DNA from: Mobula hypostoma
Taxonomy: Eukaryota
Direction of reading: 5' to 3'
Assembly: GCF_963921235.1 (NCBI RefSeq)
Contig: NC_086118.1
Location: 14,386,001-14,450,000 of the forward strand
DNA length: 64,000 bases
Shown one piece after another: positions 62,255 to 64,000 of this stretch (position 1 is the first letter of the stretch; each line of letters opens with the position of its first letter). The translations under genes were made by a program, and so were the position numbers. The notes below the pieces were generated by a model, which was not told where the DNA came from, made no database searches, and worked only from the letters and a program-made list of their open reading frames with translations.

Positions 62255-64000
62255 GTGGGTGTGATTGACCTAACAGAGGAAAATCGCAGTGCTCGGGTCT
62301 CTGGCACTGTCTGGCTCTGTGGCTCAGAAGGGAAAGGGGAAGAACAGGGACACTGTGGTGATAAGAGATTTGTTAGTTAGGGGAATGGATAGGTGGCTCT
62401 GTGGGGAGAATGAGATTCCTGGATGATATGTTGCCTCCCGGGTGCCAGCGTCTGGGATATCTCAGACTAAATTCTCAGCATTTTTAAGTGAGAGGGTGAA
62501 CAGCCAGAAGTCATAGTCCATGTAGGTATCAATGACATGGGTAGGATGAGTGATGAGATTCTGCATAGGGAGTTCAGGGAGTTAGATGCTAATCTAAAGA
62601 GCAGGACCTCCGGGATTTGATCACAGGACTGCTACCTGAACTAGGAAGATTATACAGTTTAATACTTGGCTAAGAGTTGGTGTAGGGGGGAAGGCATAAG
62701 AGTTTTTGATCATTTGGATCTCTTCCAGGGAAGGTCTGTACTGTACAGAGGGATGGTTTGCACCTGCACTGGAGGGGGACTAACGTCATTGTGGGAAGGT
62801 TTGTTAATGCTGCCCGGTGGGGTTTAAACTAGAGATGCAATGGGATGGGAACCGGAGTGCCAGAACAGTTACTGGAGAGGGCGTGCAGGTAGACGTTGGT
62901 AAGACCTCAGACAAAGTTAGGAATCAAAAGGTTTAGCATGCTGACCTGAGCTGCGAATGCTGTATTTCAGTGGAAGAAGCATCATACCAAAGTCAGATGG
63001 TAGAGAGGGTGGTGCTGAAGATGAGGTAGCTGGTTTACAAGCAGAGGCTATGTGTAGTGAGAAGAGGCTGTTGATGGGGCAAAATTGCAGTCAACAGGAC
63101 GGGTTGCAATGTAAAAGGAAGACAAAATTGAAAAGGGTGAATACAGGACTGAAGGTGTTATATTTGAATGCATGCAGTTTCCAGAATAAGGTAGATGAAC
63201 TTGTAGCACAATTGCAGACGGGCATGTATGATGTTGGCGGCATCACTGAATCATGGCTGATAAAAGATTATAGCTGGGAGCTTAATATCCAGGGATACAC
63301 ATTGCATCGAAAGGACAGCAGGAAGGTAGAGGAGGTGGTGATGCTCTGTTGGTAAAAAATGAAATCAAATCATTAGAAAGAGGTGACATAGAGTTGGAAG
63401 GTGTGAAATCTTTGTTTAGAGCTAAGGAACTGTGAGGGTAAAAATGACCCTAATGGGAGTTGTATACAGATCCCCAAACAGTAGTAAGGATGTGGTCCAC
63501 AAATTACAATGGGAGATAGAAAATACATGCCGAAAACACAATGTTTTAATAGTCATGGGAGATTTCAATATGCATGTAGATTGGCAAATCAGGTTTGTGT
63601 TGGATTCCAGGAGGGGGAATTTCTAGAGAGCCTATGAGATGGCCTTTTAGGGACTTTCATGGTTGAGCCCACTAGATGAGCTATTCTGAATTGGATGTTA
63701 TGCAATGAACCAAAATTGGTTAGAGAACATAAAGTAAAAGGGCCCTTAGGGGCAAGTAATCATACTATGATTGAATTCACCCTGAAGTTTGAGAAGGAAT
63801 AGCTAAAGTCAGATGCATCTGTATTACAATGGAGAAAAGGGAATTACAGAGGCATGAGAGAGGAGATGGACAGAATGATAGGTAAAAAACACTGGCAGGG
63901 ATGACGGCACAGCAGTAAATGCTGGGATTTCTGGAAGTAATTCAGAAGACACAGGATATATACATCCCAAAAAGGAAGAAGTATTCTAAAGGCAGGATGA
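62255..64000 (+). mobile_element. Degenerate CR1 LINE (ORF1 esterase relic plus ORF2 endonuclease), runs off the window
   Basis: CCLPGA..VHVGINDMG, LKVLYLNACS..GITESWL, GVVYRSPNS..VMGDFN. Confidence 0.85.

Noticed and set aside
1..64000. Prokaryotic-style genes, operons, CRISPR arrays or defence systems
   Set aside because: The sequence is vertebrate repeat-rich DNA. There is no repeat-spacer array and no operon structure, and the long ORFs are all TE-derived.

Overview
This is eukaryotic, repeat-dense vertebrate DNA, not prokaryotic. The repeat mix (CR1 LINEs, V-SINE/HE1-like SINEs, Rex1/Babar LINEs, abundant Penelope-like elements) suggests a cartilaginous fish, probably a ray or skate; that is an inference. 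Most of the window is nested transposon debris, and most of the six-frame ORFs are TE fragments or antisense shadows. Well-supported structures are a two-LTR internally deleted Gypsy element (1094-3996), a young Gmr1-like LTR element with Gag-PR and a gutted pol (53067-57958), three solo LTRs and a truncated Gypsy. Also supported are a mariner-derived palindromic MITE with four TIR copies, a three-level nest of hAT transposons, and Penelope repeats carrying minimal hammerhead ribozyme motifs. The only host-gene signal is a repeat-free island at about 14.3-15.9 kb. It holds a candidate 22-nt microexon and a candidate alternative first coding exon (28 codons) behind a GC-box/TATA promoter, so the rest of the window is probably intron. 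No CRISPR arrays, rRNA or true tRNA genes were found. Boundaries of degenerate repeats are approximate, read by eye.
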